Shown one piece after another: positions 27,135 through 37,332 of a stretch of DNA of 64,000 nt. Each line of letters opens with the position of its first letter. The first letter of the stretch is position 1. Position numbers and translations under genes: made by a program. The DNA lies in contig WFXO01000029.1 of NCBI GenBank assembly GCA_015490555.1, forward strand, positions 2,024 to 66,023, in the 5' to 3' direction. This stretch comes from a candidate division WOR-3 bacterium. Its GTDB lineage: Bacteria; Hydrothermota; Hydrothermia; WGAB01. The notes under the pieces were generated by a model. That model was not told the origin of the DNA. It ran no database searches and saw only the letters and a list, made by a program, of their open reading frames with translations.

Positions 27135-27317
27135 TAATTATCCGGGGACGCGGAAGGGATTGCAAAACCGAGATTCCCGAGGTCTCTTCTTCCTTCTGTC
27201 CATGGTGCACAAACCGCCGAACGGTCAAGAAAAGACGCTTCCTTCCATTGCATCTTCAGACCCGGCAAGGTATAATCAAAATCCTGAAAATTCCAAACGT
27301 AAGGAGGAACATGGAAA

Positions 27318-28463
27318 TTGGCCAAATCGTATATTTTTACCTCAGAGTCCGTCACCGAAGGGCATCCGGACAAAATTTGCGATCAGGTCTCGGATGCGAT
27401 CCTTGACGCCGTCCTGATGGACGATCCGGAGGGGCGGGTCGCCGTCGAAGCGCTCACCACCCGAGGGCTCGTTTTCGTTTCCGGCGAAATGACCACACGA
27501 ACCTACGTGGATATCCCCGAAGTCGTGCGTGAAGTGGTCCGGGAAGCAGGCTATACACGACCGGAATATGGGTTCGAATACTCCTCCCTCGCGGTCCTGA
27601 CCTCGATCCAGGAACAAAGCCCAGACATCTCTCTGGGCGTGGATAAAGGCGGGGCCGGGGACCAGGGCATGATGTTTGGCTTTGCCGTGGATGAATCCCC
27701 AGAACTCATGCCGTTGCCTTCCATGCTGGCCCACAAACTGGCCCGCAGATTGGCTGAAGTCCGAAAGAAGAACCTCGTGGACTACCTTCGCCCCGACGGC
27801 AAGTCCCAGGTGACCGTTGTGTACGAGGACGGTCGGCCGGTCCGGGTAGATACCATTGTCCTCTCTGCCCAACACGAGCCCGATATCCACCTGGATGACC
27901 TCCGGAATGACCTGATCCGCTTGGTCATCCATGAAGTGATCCCTTCGGAGTTATTGGATGACTCGACGCGGATCTTCATCAACCCGACCGGTCGGTTTGT
28001 CATCGGGGGTCCGGTGGGTGATACCGGTGTCACCGGTCGAAAGATCATGGTGGATTCTTACGGCGGTTATGCCCGCCATGGCGGGGGCTGCTTCTCCGGG
28101 AAAGACCCCACGAAAGTGGACCGATCCGCCGCCTATATGGCCCGGTACCTCGCCAAAAACCTCGTCAAGGCCGGGGTGGCACGAAAAGTGGAAATCCAGT
28201 TGGCATATGCCATCGGCGTGCCCCAACCGGTCGCCATCTACGTTGATACCTTCGGCACTTCGGATATCCCAGAAGATCGCATCGTGGAAGCCATTCGGGA
28301 CATGTTTGACCTCTCCCCGCGCGGGATTATCCAAACCCTGGATCTCCTTCGACCGATCTACCGGCAAACCGCGGTTTACGGTCACTTCGGCCGTGAAGAA
28401 GAGGGGTTCCCTTGGGAAAAAACTGATGCCGCCGAAGAGTTTCGACGGCGGCTTCTTGGATAA
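27318..28463 (+). CDS. metK: S-adenosylmethionine synthetase, bacterial type (MetK)
   Basis: 381 aa. (M)[30 protein letters not shown] matches E. coli MetK MAKHLFTSESVSEGHPDK. TTG start with AAGGAGG SD 10 nt upstream. Confidence 0.9.
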   Translation: MAKSYIFTSESVTEGHPDKICDQVSDAILDAVLMDDPEGRVAVEALTTRGLVFVSGEMTTRTYVDIPEVVREVVREAGYTRPEYGFEYSSLAVLTSIQEQSPDISLGVDKGGAGDQGMMFGFAVDESPELMPLPSMLAHKLARRLAEVRKKNLVDYLRPDGKSQVTVVYEDGRPVRVDTIVLSAQHEPDIHLDDLRNDLIRLVIHEVIPSELLDDSTRIFINPTGRFVIGGPVGDTGVTGRKIMVDSYGGYARHGGGCFSGKDPTKVDRSAAYMARYLAKNLVKAGVARKVEIQLAYAIGVPQPVAIYVDTFGTSDIPEDRIVEAIRDMFDLSPRGIIQTLDLLRPIYRQTAVYGHFGREEEGFPWEKTDAAEEFRRRLLG

Positions 28464-28469
28464 AAAGCC

Positions 28470-29960
28470 ATGAATGCCGATCGTCCGGTCCGCGTCCGCT
28501 TCGCCCCGTCTCCCACAGGCTACCTCCACGTAGGAGGTGCTCGAACCGCACTCTACAACTTTCTCTTCGCGCGCAAACATCACGGCAAGTTCATCTTGAG
28601 GATCGAAGATACAGACCGCAGCCGATATGTGCCGGATTCCGTAGACGATATCATGGCCAGTCTCCGATGGCTGGGCATCACATGGGACGAAGGTCCTGAT
28701 GTCGGCGGCCCCTATGGCCCCTACGTCCAGTCTCAGCGGGTGGAATTGTATCGGCAGTATACCCACCAATTGGTAGAACAGGGCCACGCCTATTACTGCT
28801 TCTGCTCCGAAGAACGGCTCCAGAGCCTCCGAGAGATGCAGCGTCGTCTCAAACTCCGGACCGGCTATGATCGGAAATGCCGGAACCTCAGCCCCGAGGA
28901 GGTCCAGAAAAATCTCGATCAGCAGGTACCGTATGTCATCCGCCTCAAGGTCCCTCTGGAGGGGTCGACCACGTTCCACGATCTCCTCCGAGGAGACATC
29001 ACCTACCCGAACAGCGAACTGGAAGACATCATTCTGTTGAAGTCGGACGGCTTCCCTACGTATCACCTGGCCAATGTCGTGGACGACCACCTGATGGAGA
29101 TCAGCCATGTACTTCGGGCCGATGAATGGATCCCCTCCACACCGTATCACCAACTCTTGTATCAGGCCTTTGGCTGGGATCCCCCCATCTTTGCACACCT
29201 CCCGGTGATCCTCTCCCCTGACGGCAAGGGGAAACTCTCGAAGCGTCATGGTGCCACCGCGGTCCGAGAGTTTCGTGAACAGGGATACCTCCCGGAGGCC
29301 CTGGTAAACTTCTTGGCCCTGCTGGGTTGGTCCCCGGGCAGTGACCGCGAGATCGTAAGCCTGGAAGAGATGATCGAACTCTTCGATCTGAAAAAAGTCG
29401 GGAAACGAGGGGCCGTCTTTGACTACCAAAAATTGCTTTGGATGAACGGAGAATACATCCGGAGTCTGACAGACGAGGAACTCTACCAGCGGGCGCTGCC
29501 CTATATGGAAGCCGCGGGGTTGATCCAAAATGACGCCGACCGCGAGAAGTTCCGGGCCGTGGTGCCCCTCATCAAAGAACGCATCAAAACCCTGGCCGAG
29601 GCCCCGGACCACGCGGAGTTCTTCTATCGGGAACCCGAGACGTATGATGAAAAGGGCCTTCGGAAACATCTCAAAGATCCAGGAGTCTTCCACAGGCTCC
29701 GCCTGGTGGTGGAACGCCTGCAGGCCCTGGACGACTTTACCGTAGCGTCTGTGGAGCAGGCGATTCGGGGCCTTGCGGAAGCGTTGGGGGTCGGGGCAGG
29801 CAAACTGATCCACCCCACCCGGCTGGCTGTTACCGGTCGGACGCGCGGACCGGGCCTCTTTGAGTTGATGGCGGTCCTTGGAAAAGAAACCTGCATTCGA
29901 CGCATCCAAAAATTCATCCAACGATTTGAAGGAACCGAGGTTCACTCCACGACCCCATGA
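28470..29960 (+). CDS. gltX: Glutamyl-tRNA synthetase
   Basis: 496 aa. RFAPSPTGYLHVGGARTALYNFLFAR (HIGH-region) and KLSKRHG (KMSKS) are present. The 664-aa antisense ORF 27951-29945 is a GC artefact. Confidence 0.9.
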   Translation: MNADRPVRVRFAPSPTGYLHVGGARTALYNFLFARKHHGKFILRIEDTDRSRYVPDSVDDIMASLRWLGITWDEGPDVGGPYGPYVQSQRVELYRQYTHQLVEQGHAYYCFCSEERLQSLREMQRRLKLRTGYDRKCRNLSPEEVQKNLDQQVPYVIRLKVPLEGSTTFHDLLRGDITYPNSELEDIILLKSDGFPTYHLANVVDDHLMEISHVLRADEWIPSTPYHQLLYQAFGWDPPIFAHLPVILSPDGKGKLSKRHGATAVREFREQGYLPEALVNFLALLGWSPGSDREIVSLEEMIELFDLKKVGKRGAVFDYQKLLWMNGEYIRSLTDEELYQRALPYMEAAGLIQNDADREKFRAVVPLIKERIKTLAEAPDHAEFFYREPETYDEKGLRKHLKDPGVFHRLRLVVERLQALDDFTVASVEQAIRGLAEALGVGAGKLIHPTRLAVTGRTRGPGLFELMAVLGKETCIRRIQKFIQRFEGTEVHSTTP

Positions 29961-30898
29961 GTTCCACCTCTACTCCCCAAAAGGAGCCCATCATCGTCGC
30001 TCGTGATCTCTATAAAACTTACGGCGATCTGGTCGCCGTGGATCACATCGATTTCAAGATTTACCCTGGTGAGTGCTTTGGCTTCCTGGGGCCACACGGG
30101 GCGGGCAAAACGACGACCATGAAGATGATCTATGGCTTCTCTCCCATTACGTCCGGACACCTTACGGTTTTTGGCCTCCCGGTCCAAAGCCACAGCCGGC
30201 AGATCCGCGCGCGACTGGGGATCTGCCCCCAGGAAGACAACCTGGATCCCGACTTCACCGTCCTGGAAAACCTTCTGGTCTATGCTCGGTACTTCGGAAT
30301 CCCCAAATCCGTCGCCTTGGACCGAGCCCTCCAACTCTTAGATTTCTTCGACCTACTCCACAAAAAGGATCAAATCATTCGGACCCTCTCCGGTGGAATG
30401 AAACGCCGCCTGCTCCTGGCCCGTGCGATGATCAATCATCCCGAAGTCCTGATCCTCGATGAACCGACCACCGGACTAGACCCTCAAGCCCGCCATGCCA
30501 TCTGGGACCGCATCCTGAGCTTCAAGGAGCAAGGGGTCACCATCCTCCTGACCACCCACTACATGGAAGAAGCCGAACGACTCTGTGATCGGTTGGTCAT
30601 CATGGACCACGGCCGAATCTTGGTCGAGGGACGCCCTCAACAACTGATCCATGACCTGGTCGGCCATGAAGTGATCGAGATCTATCCCGCGAATGGCTTT
30701 GTGGATCGGATCCGGGAACGGTTCCCGGACCTTGAAGTGGAAACCTACCACAACCGCCTGGAGATCTTTTTGCGAGAGTCCGACACCGAAGTCACCGAAT
30801 ACATCCTGGAACACCTCCAGCCCCCCAGCCTCTATGTCCGTCGGGCCACCCTGGAAGATGTCTTCTTTAAGATGACCGGTCGCCAACTTCGGGATTGA
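29957..30898 (+). CDS. ABC transporter ATP-binding protein (ABC-2/DrrA-type)
   Basis: 313 aa. Walker A GPHGAGKTTT, signature LSGGMKRRL and Walker B LILDEPTTGLD are present. Overlaps the gltX stop. Confidence 0.85.
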   Translation: MSSTSTPQKEPIIVARDLYKTYGDLVAVDHIDFKIYPGECFGFLGPHGAGKTTTMKMIYGFSPITSGHLTVFGLPVQSHSRQIRARLGICPQEDNLDPDFTVLENLLVYARYFGIPKSVALDRALQLLDFFDLLHKKDQIIRTLSGGMKRRLLLARAMINHPEVLILDEPTTGLDPQARHAIWDRILSFKEQGVTILLTTHYMEEAERLCDRLVIMDHGRILVEGRPQQLIHDLVGHEVIEIYPANGFVDRIRERFPDLEVETYHNRLEIFLRESDTEVTEYILEHLQPPSLYVRRATLEDVFFKMTGRQLRD

Positions 30899-31686
30899 CC
30901 ATGAATTCCTTTTGGATGAAACCCGACTTGTCATGGCGGATGTGGACCGTTTGGCAACGGGATCGAGATGTCTATTGGAAAACTTTTAAGGTCAACTTTT
31001 TGCCTCCGCTCTTGGAGCCTATTCTGTATTTGTTTGCGCTGGGTTTCGGGCTGGGAGCCTTTGTGAAAGAGATCCAAGGCATCCCGTATGTCCAGTATAT
31101 CGCTCCCGCCCTGGTCGCCATTTCCATGATGTATAACGCCTTCTTCGAGTGCACGTACTCCTCTTTCGTGCGGATGTATTATCAGAAGACGTTTGACGCC
31201 ATCATCGCGACCCCGGTCTCCTTAGACGATGTGGTGATGGGCGAAATTCTCTGGGGCGCCACCAAAGCCCTGATCAATGCTACCATCGTCCTGGCTGTTG
31301 TCATGGCGTTTCGCTTGGTCACGCTTCCCCATGCCCTCCTGATCATCCCCTTTTCCTTTTTGGCTGGCCTCCTCTTCTCCGCCATCGCGATGTTCTTCAC
31401 GGCTGTGGTACCCTCGATCGATTCGTTCAACTACCCGTTTTACCTCTTTATCACGCCGATGTTCCTGTTCTCTGGAACCTTCTTCCCTATGGACGTCCTG
31501 CCCCCGATCCTCCAGAAATTTGCCTGGGCCACTCTTCCGTTGACCCATGTCGTCAGTGTCACCCGCGCGTTGGCCATGGGCACCTGGCCTGCACAGGGGT
31601 GGGCGTCGCTCTTGTGGATGGGAGGGGTGACGGTCCTGATGACCTATCTGTCCCTGGCCCTCATGCGGCGTCGGCTCATCGTGTAA
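30895..31686 (+). CDS. ABC-2 type transporter permease
   Basis: 263 aa, 6 predicted TM helices. ATGA overlap with the upstream ATPase gene. Typical ABC-2 exporter partner. Confidence 0.75.
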   Translation: MTMNSFWMKPDLSWRMWTVWQRDRDVYWKTFKVNFLPPLLEPILYLFALGFGLGAFVKEIQGIPYVQYIAPALVAISMMYNAFFECTYSSFVRMYYQKTFDAIIATPVSLDDVVMGEILWGATKALINATIVLAVVMAFRLVTLPHALLIIPFSFLAGLLFSAIAMFFTAVVPSIDSFNYPFYLFITPMFLFSGTFFPMDVLPPILQKFAWATLPLTHVVSVTRALAMGTWPAQGWASLLWMGGVTVLMTYLSLALMRRRLIV

Positions 31687-31734
31687 CCTTCCAGGAAACT
31701 GCCGAACTGAGATTAGAATCCCCAAAAAGAAAAG

Positions 31735-31809
31735 TCGGGGAGAGCCGATTTGAACGGCCGACCCCCTGCTCCCAAGGCAGGTGCGCTAACCGGGCTGCGC
31801 TACTCCCCG
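31735..31809 (-). tRNA. tRNA-Pro (anticodon TGG)
   Basis: The reverse complement folds as CGGGGAG-TA-GCGC-AGCCCGGTTA-GCGC-A-CCTGC-CTTGGGA-GCAGG-GGGTC-GGCCG-TTCAAAT-CGGCT-CTCCCCG-A (75 nt). Anticodon loop CU-UGG-GA. 7-bp acceptor. No encoded CCA. Confidence 0.8.
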
Positions 31810-32096
31810 ACGTTTGCGTTTTAAATATACCCCAAACCCTCAGACCTTGTCAATCCCACGACTTGGCTCATCAAAGATCGAACGGTAGGTGGGTTGGGGT
31901 ACGTGGTTCACGGTAAAGATCTTGGGAATCCCTCTTGGCCCTGACCGTCCCTTATGAGGGAAGGGGAACGATCCCTCGGGTTTGTGCATATATGGGACGC
32001 TCGGGACCCCCATCGAAATCGTACCAGGGGTTTGCCGGGGGTAGATGTTCAGGAACCAAGGATCCGGCCTCCGGACAGACAGATCCGTGCGAAGGG

Positions 32097-32125
32097 TTGA
32101 CTTTTCTTTTCTCAACAGATAGAAT
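32097..32125 (+). promoter_or_regulatory. Near-consensus sigma70 promoter for the giant sensor kinase gene (TTGACT-17 nt-TAGAAT)
   Basis: TTGACT at 32097-32102, a 17-nt T-rich spacer, and TAGAAT at 32120-32125. GAGGAA SD at 32166-32171. ATG at 32174. Confidence 0.45.
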
Positions 32126-32173
32126 TGTGAGAACCTGACTTGTCAAATTTTATTTTCTGACCCGTGAGGAACC

Positions 32174-35100
32174 ATGCCGAAACGAAAAAAACACGTTGCG
32201 TCTGTCCCCTATGAAGCCGTTGCCGAAGCCAACCCGATGGGCATCCTGCTCATCGCACCCGACGCCACGATCCGATATGTCAACAAAGCCTTTTGCAAAC
32301 TCACGGGTCTAAAGAAATCCGACCTGCTGGGCAAGCTTTTCACGATTCTCCGAGATTTTGTGGTTCCGGAAGACCGCCAAAAGGTCTGGGAATACTTCCA
32401 AAAACGTATTGCCGGCAAGAAGGTTCCAATCCAGTACCAGATCCGGGCCATTATGAAGGATGGGACTCGGAAGTGGGTTGAGGTTTCTGCGTATCCCATC
32501 GAAACACCGGAAGGTCGCCTCATCCAAGCGACCATTGCAGACATCACAGATCGTAAGAAGATCGAAGCAGAATTAGAGCGGGATCGCCACATCCAGCGCA
32601 TTTTAAACCAGATCCTTCGGCTTTCTTTAGAGGTTCCCTCTCTTTCGGAATACTTTGAATCCGTCTTGGAGATTCTGGTCCGCATTCCCTGGTTAGCCCT
32701 CGAGGAAAAGGGGGCCATCTTTTTAATCGATCCAGAGACCCAAACCCTTCGCGTAGCAGCCCACCGAAACTTCCCTATGGAACAATTACAACGGTGTCAA
32801 AACATTCCGCTGGGGAAGTGCATTTGTGGAAAGGCTGCCCAGCAAAAGAAAGTCCTCTTTGTCCCATGGGTGGATGAGAGACACGAGTTCCGCTATCCCG
32901 GGATGCCTCCCCACGGGCACTATTGTGTCCCGATCTTGTACGGAGATGAGGTCCTGGGGTTACTCAACCTTTATGTTCCGGAAGGGCACATTTATGACCT
33001 CGAGGAAGAAGCCCTCCTCACGGCAGTGGCTGCGATCTTAGCGGGGGTGATATACCGCAAACGCACCGAAGAAGCCCATCGTGAAACTGAAGAACTCTTT
33101 CGAACCTTGGCCTCCACCATCGGGGCAGGGGTTTTTGTCTACCAAGACGATCGCTTTGTCTACGTGAATAAAGCCTGTGAAGAACTGACTGGCTATACGT
33201 CTGAAGAATTGCTCCAAATGAAGTTCTGGGATGTCGTCGCTCCTGAGTATCAAGACCTTGTGCGGGAACGTGGACTGGCTCGACAACGGGGAGAACCTGT
33301 TCCCACTTCTTATGAATTCAAAATTGTGCGAAAGGACGGGACAGAGCGCTGGGTGGTTTTCACCGCTGGCCGAATCCAATGGAAAGGCCGGCCTGCCGGG
33401 GTCGGGACAGCATTTGACATTACCGACCGAAAGAGAGCAGAAGAAGCCCTCCGCGAAAGTGAAGCCCGTTTCCGTAGTATCTTTGAAAACGCGACGGTCG
33501 GGATCTATCGAACCACTCCGGATGGCCGAATCCTGCTGGCCAATCCGGCGTTGGTTCGGATGCTGGGGTATTCCACCTTTGAGGAACTCGCCCAGCGGAA
33601 TTTAGAAGAAGAGGGCTTCGAACCCCAATATCCGCGTTCCAAATTTAAAGAATTGGTGGAACGGAATGGGGTGGTCATTGGCTTGGAAACGGCCTGGAAA
33701 CGAAGAGATGGCTCGGTCATCTTTGTCCGAGAAAGTGCCCGTGCCGTCCGCGACCCTGAAACCGGGAAGGTGTTATATTACGAAGGCATTGTCGAGGATA
33801 TCACCGATTGGAAAAAAGCAGAGCAGGCGCTACAGGAACAACTGGAATTCCTTCGGTACGTCATCGATTCCCTTGACCATCCCTTTTATGTGATCAATGC
33901 AGAGACCTATGAGATTGAGCAGGCCAATCAAGTGCTCCTTCAAGGACGCCCTCTCGAACCTGGCACCACTTGTTACCGCCTGACGCATCAAAGGGATGTC
34001 CCCTGTGCAGAGTCAGGCTTCCCGTGTCCTTTAGAAGAAATCAAACGGACCAAACAACCTGTTGTAGTAGAACACACGCACTATGACGTTCATGGAAAGG
34101 AACATATTTATGAGATTCATGGACACCCAGTTTTCGATCGGGAAGGGAACGTAACCCGTGTGATCGAATTCACGATTGACATCACGCCCAGAAAGCGCCT
34201 TGAGCGGGCCTTAAGTAGTTTGGCACAAAGTTACGCCCATCTGACCGGAAAAGCGTTCCTGGATGCCGTCACACAACATATCGCCCAAGCAATGAAATTA
34301 GATGTCGTTTTTGTTGGGGAACTTTTACCAAATGGAGAGCAAATTAAGGTCCTTTCAGCCTTCGGCATGCCCATTGAAGGGAGAATTTACAACTTAGAGC
34401 ATACCCCCTGTGAAGATGTCATCAACAAACAATTGGTCGTTTACCCTGAAAGAGTCCAACATTTGTTCCCCAAAGATCCGGAACTCAAGGAATGGGGCAT
34501 CGAGGGGTACATTGGGACACCCCTCTTCGACCCAGACCACCGGCCTCTAGGAATTATGGTGGGACTTTCGAAACAGGTGATCGAGGACCCAAGGCTTCTG
34601 GAAGAGTATTTCCAAGTCTTTGTGGATCGGGTGACCGCGGAACTCCTGCGGATGAAAGCGGATGAAGCTCTCCGGGAAAGTGAAGAGCGGTTTCGTATGC
34701 TGGCAGAATCTTCGTTAACGGGGATTTACCTCATCCAGGAGGGCAAGTTTGTCTATGTCAACCAAGCCTTCGAATCTATCTTTGGATATTCCGTAGAAGA
34801 AATTATCGGGAAACTCGGGCCCTTAGATTTAACGTATCCCGAGGATCGCCCGATCGTTCAGGAGAATATTCGGAAAAGAATAGAGGGAGAAATTGACAGC
34901 ATCCGGTATGATTTTCGGGGACTGAGGAAGGATGGAACGGTCATCCACATCGAGGTGCACGGTCGACGAATTGTCTATCAGGGGAAACCGGGCATCATTG
35001 GGACACTGGTGGACATTACGGAACGGAAGCAGGCAGAGGAAGAGATTGCTCGGAGCCATCAACTCCTCATGGCTTTGAGCCAGGCTGCCCAGGAAGTCCA

Positions 35101-37120
35101 ACGTGCCCGCTCTCCGGAAGAAGTATACCAAATTGTCGGAGAACACATCCATCGCTTGGGGTATGATGCAACCATTTTTGAGTATGACGCTGAGCAACAC
35201 CTCCTTCGTGTGGCTCACCTTACATTGAGCCCAGAAGAAAAGAAAGTTTTGGAGGGGATCCTTCAGCGACCTGTGGAGGGATTTTGGATTCCCATCAAGC
35301 CGGGCAGTTTATACCACCGGATTCTCACGCTGGGTAAAACCGTGTTTATCGCGACGGATGAGATTTCAGAGGAAGGTGAACCCAAGCACCCCTCCCCGTC
35401 CTTCTACCAATGGGCAAAGCAGTTGGGATGGGAACACAACATCATTGCTCCTTTAAAGACCCAGGAAAAAACCTTGGGGTTTCTGGCGGTTTCGGGGAAA
35501 GGTTTGACGGAGGCGGATGTCAGGGTGATCTCCATCTTTGCGAACCAGGCGGCGGTTGCCTTAGAAAACGCTCGACTTTACCGTGAGACTCGAGAACTTG
35601 CAACTTTTAATCAGCGAATCATTGAAAATGTTGCCGACGGGATCGTGATTCAGGATCGAAATGGAGTCTTCACATTCGTAAACCCCTCTGCGGCGAAGAT
35701 CCTTGGCTATCAGGTACAGGAACTCATCGGGAAACACGCCATGGACGTGGTCCCCGAGGACCAACGTCCAATTTTAGAAGAGATCCAACAAAGGCGCGTG
35801 CATGGGGTTACGGACCGTTATGAATTAGATCTTTTGAAGAAGGACGGGACACGGATCCATGCCCTCATCTCGGCCACCCCGCTTTTTGACGAACAGGGCA
35901 ACTTCGTCGGGTCCCTTTCGGTGTTCACGGATATCACAGCCCTGAAAAAGGCCGAAGAAGAGCAAGAGCGGTTGCGTGAGCAACTCTTTCAGGCCCAGAA
36001 ACTTGAAGCAATTGGACGCCTGGCCGGGGGCATCGCTCACGACTTCAACAACATCCTCACGGCCATTATGGGGCACGCGGAACTGGGAATGATGAAAATC
36101 CATCCCGGCGACCCCGTGTACCTCGATCTCAAAGAGATCTTCGATGCGGCAAAACGATCTGCTGATCTTACGTCCAAACTCCTTGGTTTTGCCAGGAAAC
36201 AGACGATCCTCCCCAAAGTCCAGAACCTGAACGAAACGATTACCGGAATGTTGGGGATGCTGAGAAGATTGATTGGAGAGGACATCGAGTTAAAATGGGT
36301 CCCGGGCACAGATCTTTGGAACATCCGGATCGATCCCCAGCAAGTCAATCAAATTCTGACAAACCTCTTGGTGAACGCGAAGGACGCAGGAGCCCGGGTC
36401 GTTACCATTGAAACAGAAAACATCACCATCAAGGAACCATATCTCGAGAAGCATCCATATTTCAAGCCGGGAGACTACGTCGTGCTTTCTGTCAGCGATG
36501 ACGGCTGTGGGATGGACGAGGAGACACTCCAGCACATTTTCGAGCCCTTCTTCACGACCAAAGAGCCTGGCAAAGGGACCGGACTCGGCTTATCCACCGT
36601 CTATGGGATCGTGAAACAAAACGATGGGTTCATCCATGTGTACAGTGAACTCGGCGTTGGAACTACGTTTAAGATTTACTTCCCTCGGCATGAGGGGGAA
36701 ACAGAAGAAGGGCACGAGGAAGAGGGTCGTTTGGCGCCAGGGCATGGGGAGACCGTGCTTCTGGTCGAAGATGAGGCAAAAATTCTGAGTGTGGTGAAAG
36801 CAATGTTAGAACAACTGGGATATCGAGTTTTGACCGCCAATCGTCCCCACAAGGCACTTGAAATTGCCAGGAAACATGCGGGTCAAATCGATTTGCTCCT
36901 CACCGATGTGGTGATGCCAGAGATGAGTGGGAAGGAGTTGGCAGAACAATTAACCCAACTCTTCCCGAATTTGAAAGTTCTGTATATGTCCGGCTACACA
37001 GCCAATCACATTGCCAACCATGGGGTCCTGGATCCAGGGGTTGCGTTTGTGTCCAAGCCACTCAGAATCCAAGAATTGGCGAAAAAGGTGCGTGAAGTCT
37101 TAGACCACAAACGTTCATAA
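32174..37120 (+). CDS. Hybrid sensor histidine kinase / response regulator with multiple PAS and GAF domains
   Basis: 1648 aa. At least six PAS/PAC-like modules (repeated ...RKDG(T/S)...W(V/I)...TDRK(R/K)AEEAL linker pattern) and GAF-like segments. HisKA H-box IAHDFNNILTAIMGHAELG. HATPase_c (N, G1 DDGCGMD, G2 GTGLGLS). C-terminal receiver domain VLLVEDE...LLLTDVVMPEMSG... Confidence 0.85.
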   Translation: MPKRKKHVASVPYEAVAEANPMGILLIAPDATIRYVNKAFCKLTGLKKSDLLGKLFTILRDFVVPEDRQKVWEYFQKRIAGKKVPIQYQIRAIMKDGTRKWVEVSAYPIETPEGRLIQATIADITDRKKIEAELERDRHIQRILNQILRLSLEVPSLSEYFESVLEILVRIPWLALEEKGAIFLIDPETQTLRVAAHRNFPMEQLQRCQNIPLGKCICGKAAQQKKVLFVPWVDERHEFRYPGMPPHGHYCVPILYGDEVLGLLNLYVPEGHIYDLEEEALLTAVAAILAGVIYRKRTEEAHRETEELFRTLASTIGAGVFVYQDDRFVYVNKACEELTGYTSEELLQMKFWDVVAPEYQDLVRERGLARQRGEPVPTSYEFKIVRKDGTERWVVFTAGRIQWKGRPAGVGTAFDITDRKRAEEALRESEARFRSIFENATVGIYRTTPDGRILLANPALVRMLGYSTFEELAQRNLEEEGFEPQYPRSKFKELVERNGVVIGLETAWKRRDGSVIFVRESARAVRDPETGKVLYYEGIVEDITDWKKAEQALQEQLEFLRYVIDSLDHPFYVINAETYEIEQANQVLLQGRPLEPGTTCYRLTHQRDVPCAESGFPCPLEEIKRTKQPVVVEHTHYDVHGKEHIYEIHGHPVFDREGNVTRVIEFTIDITPRKRLERALSSLAQSYAHLTGKAFLDAVTQHIAQAMKLDVVFVGELLPNGEQIKVLSAFGMPIEGRIYNLEHTPCEDVINKQLVVYPERVQHLFPKDPELKEWGIEGYIGTPLFDPDHRPLGIMVGLSKQVIEDPRLLEEYFQVFVDRVTAELLRMKADEALRESEERFRMLAESSLTGIYLIQEGKFVYVNQAFESIFGYSVEEIIGKLGPLDLTYPEDRPIVQENIRKRIEGEIDSIRYDFRGLRKDGTVIHIEVHGRRIVYQGKPGIIGTLVDITERKQAEEEIARSHQLLMALSQAAQEVQRARSPEEVYQIVGEHIHRLGYDATIFEYDAEQHLLRVAHLTLSPEEKKVLEGILQRPVEGFWIPIKPGSLYHRILTLGKTVFIATDEISEEGEPKHPSPSFYQWAKQLGWEHNIIAPLKTQEKTLGFLAVSGKGLTEADVRVISIFANQAAVALENARLYRETRELATFNQRIIENVADGIVIQDRNGVFTFVNPSAAKILGYQVQELIGKHAMDVVPEDQRPILEEIQQRRVHGVTDRYELDLLKKDGTRIHALISATPLFDEQGNFVGSLSVFTDITALKKAEEEQERLREQLFQAQKLEAIGRLAGGIAHDFNNILTAIMGHAELGMMKIHPGDPVYLDLKEIFDAAKRSADLTSKLLGFARKQTILPKVQNLNETITGMLGMLRRLIGEDIELKWVPGTDLWNIRIDPQQVNQILTNLLVNAKDAGARVVTIETENITIKEPYLEKHPYFKPGDYVVLSVSDDGCGMDEETLQHIFEPFFTTKEPGKGTGLGLSTVYGIVKQNDGFIHVYSELGVGTTFKIYFPRHEGETEEGHEEEGRLAPGHGETVLLVEDEAKILSVVKAMLEQLGYRVLTANRPHKALEIARKHAGQIDLLLTDVVMPEMSGKELAEQLTQLFPNLKVLYMSGYTANHIANHGVLDPGVAFVSKPLRIQELAKKVREVLDHKRS

Positions 37121-37332
37121 CCTTTCCGAGGCGGGTGGAGAGGAGGAAACGCAACGGATCGAGTCCTCCTAGATTTCTATCCAGAACCGAACCCAACACG
37201 AAAAAACAACGGGGAATTTGGGCGTAAAGTATTATAGTTGGATGGGGGTCAACGTAAAGTCCTAACTTTCTAACGTCCTCTCGTAACTCCTTGTATGAGA
37301 AGTCCGTTAGGGCACCACACAGGATTTTCGAA

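Noticed and set aside
27951-29945. 664-aa minus-strand ORF, the longest unassigned ORF in the track
   Set aside because: It lies entirely antisense to gltX and overlaps metK. Its translation is low-complexity (Gly/Arg/Pro/Asp-rich) with no motifs. This is typical of stop-codon-poor antisense frames in GC-rich DNA. The gltX frame has the unmistakable HIGH/KMSKS motifs.
31810-32173. 360-nt gap after tRNA-Pro considered as a possible riboswitch or sRNA
   Set aside because: I could not recognise any known riboswitch core (no TPP, SAM, cobalamin, glycine or c-di-GMP consensus). A clean sigma70 promoter at 32097-32125 leaves only a ~45-nt leader. The upstream part is probably just a spacer.
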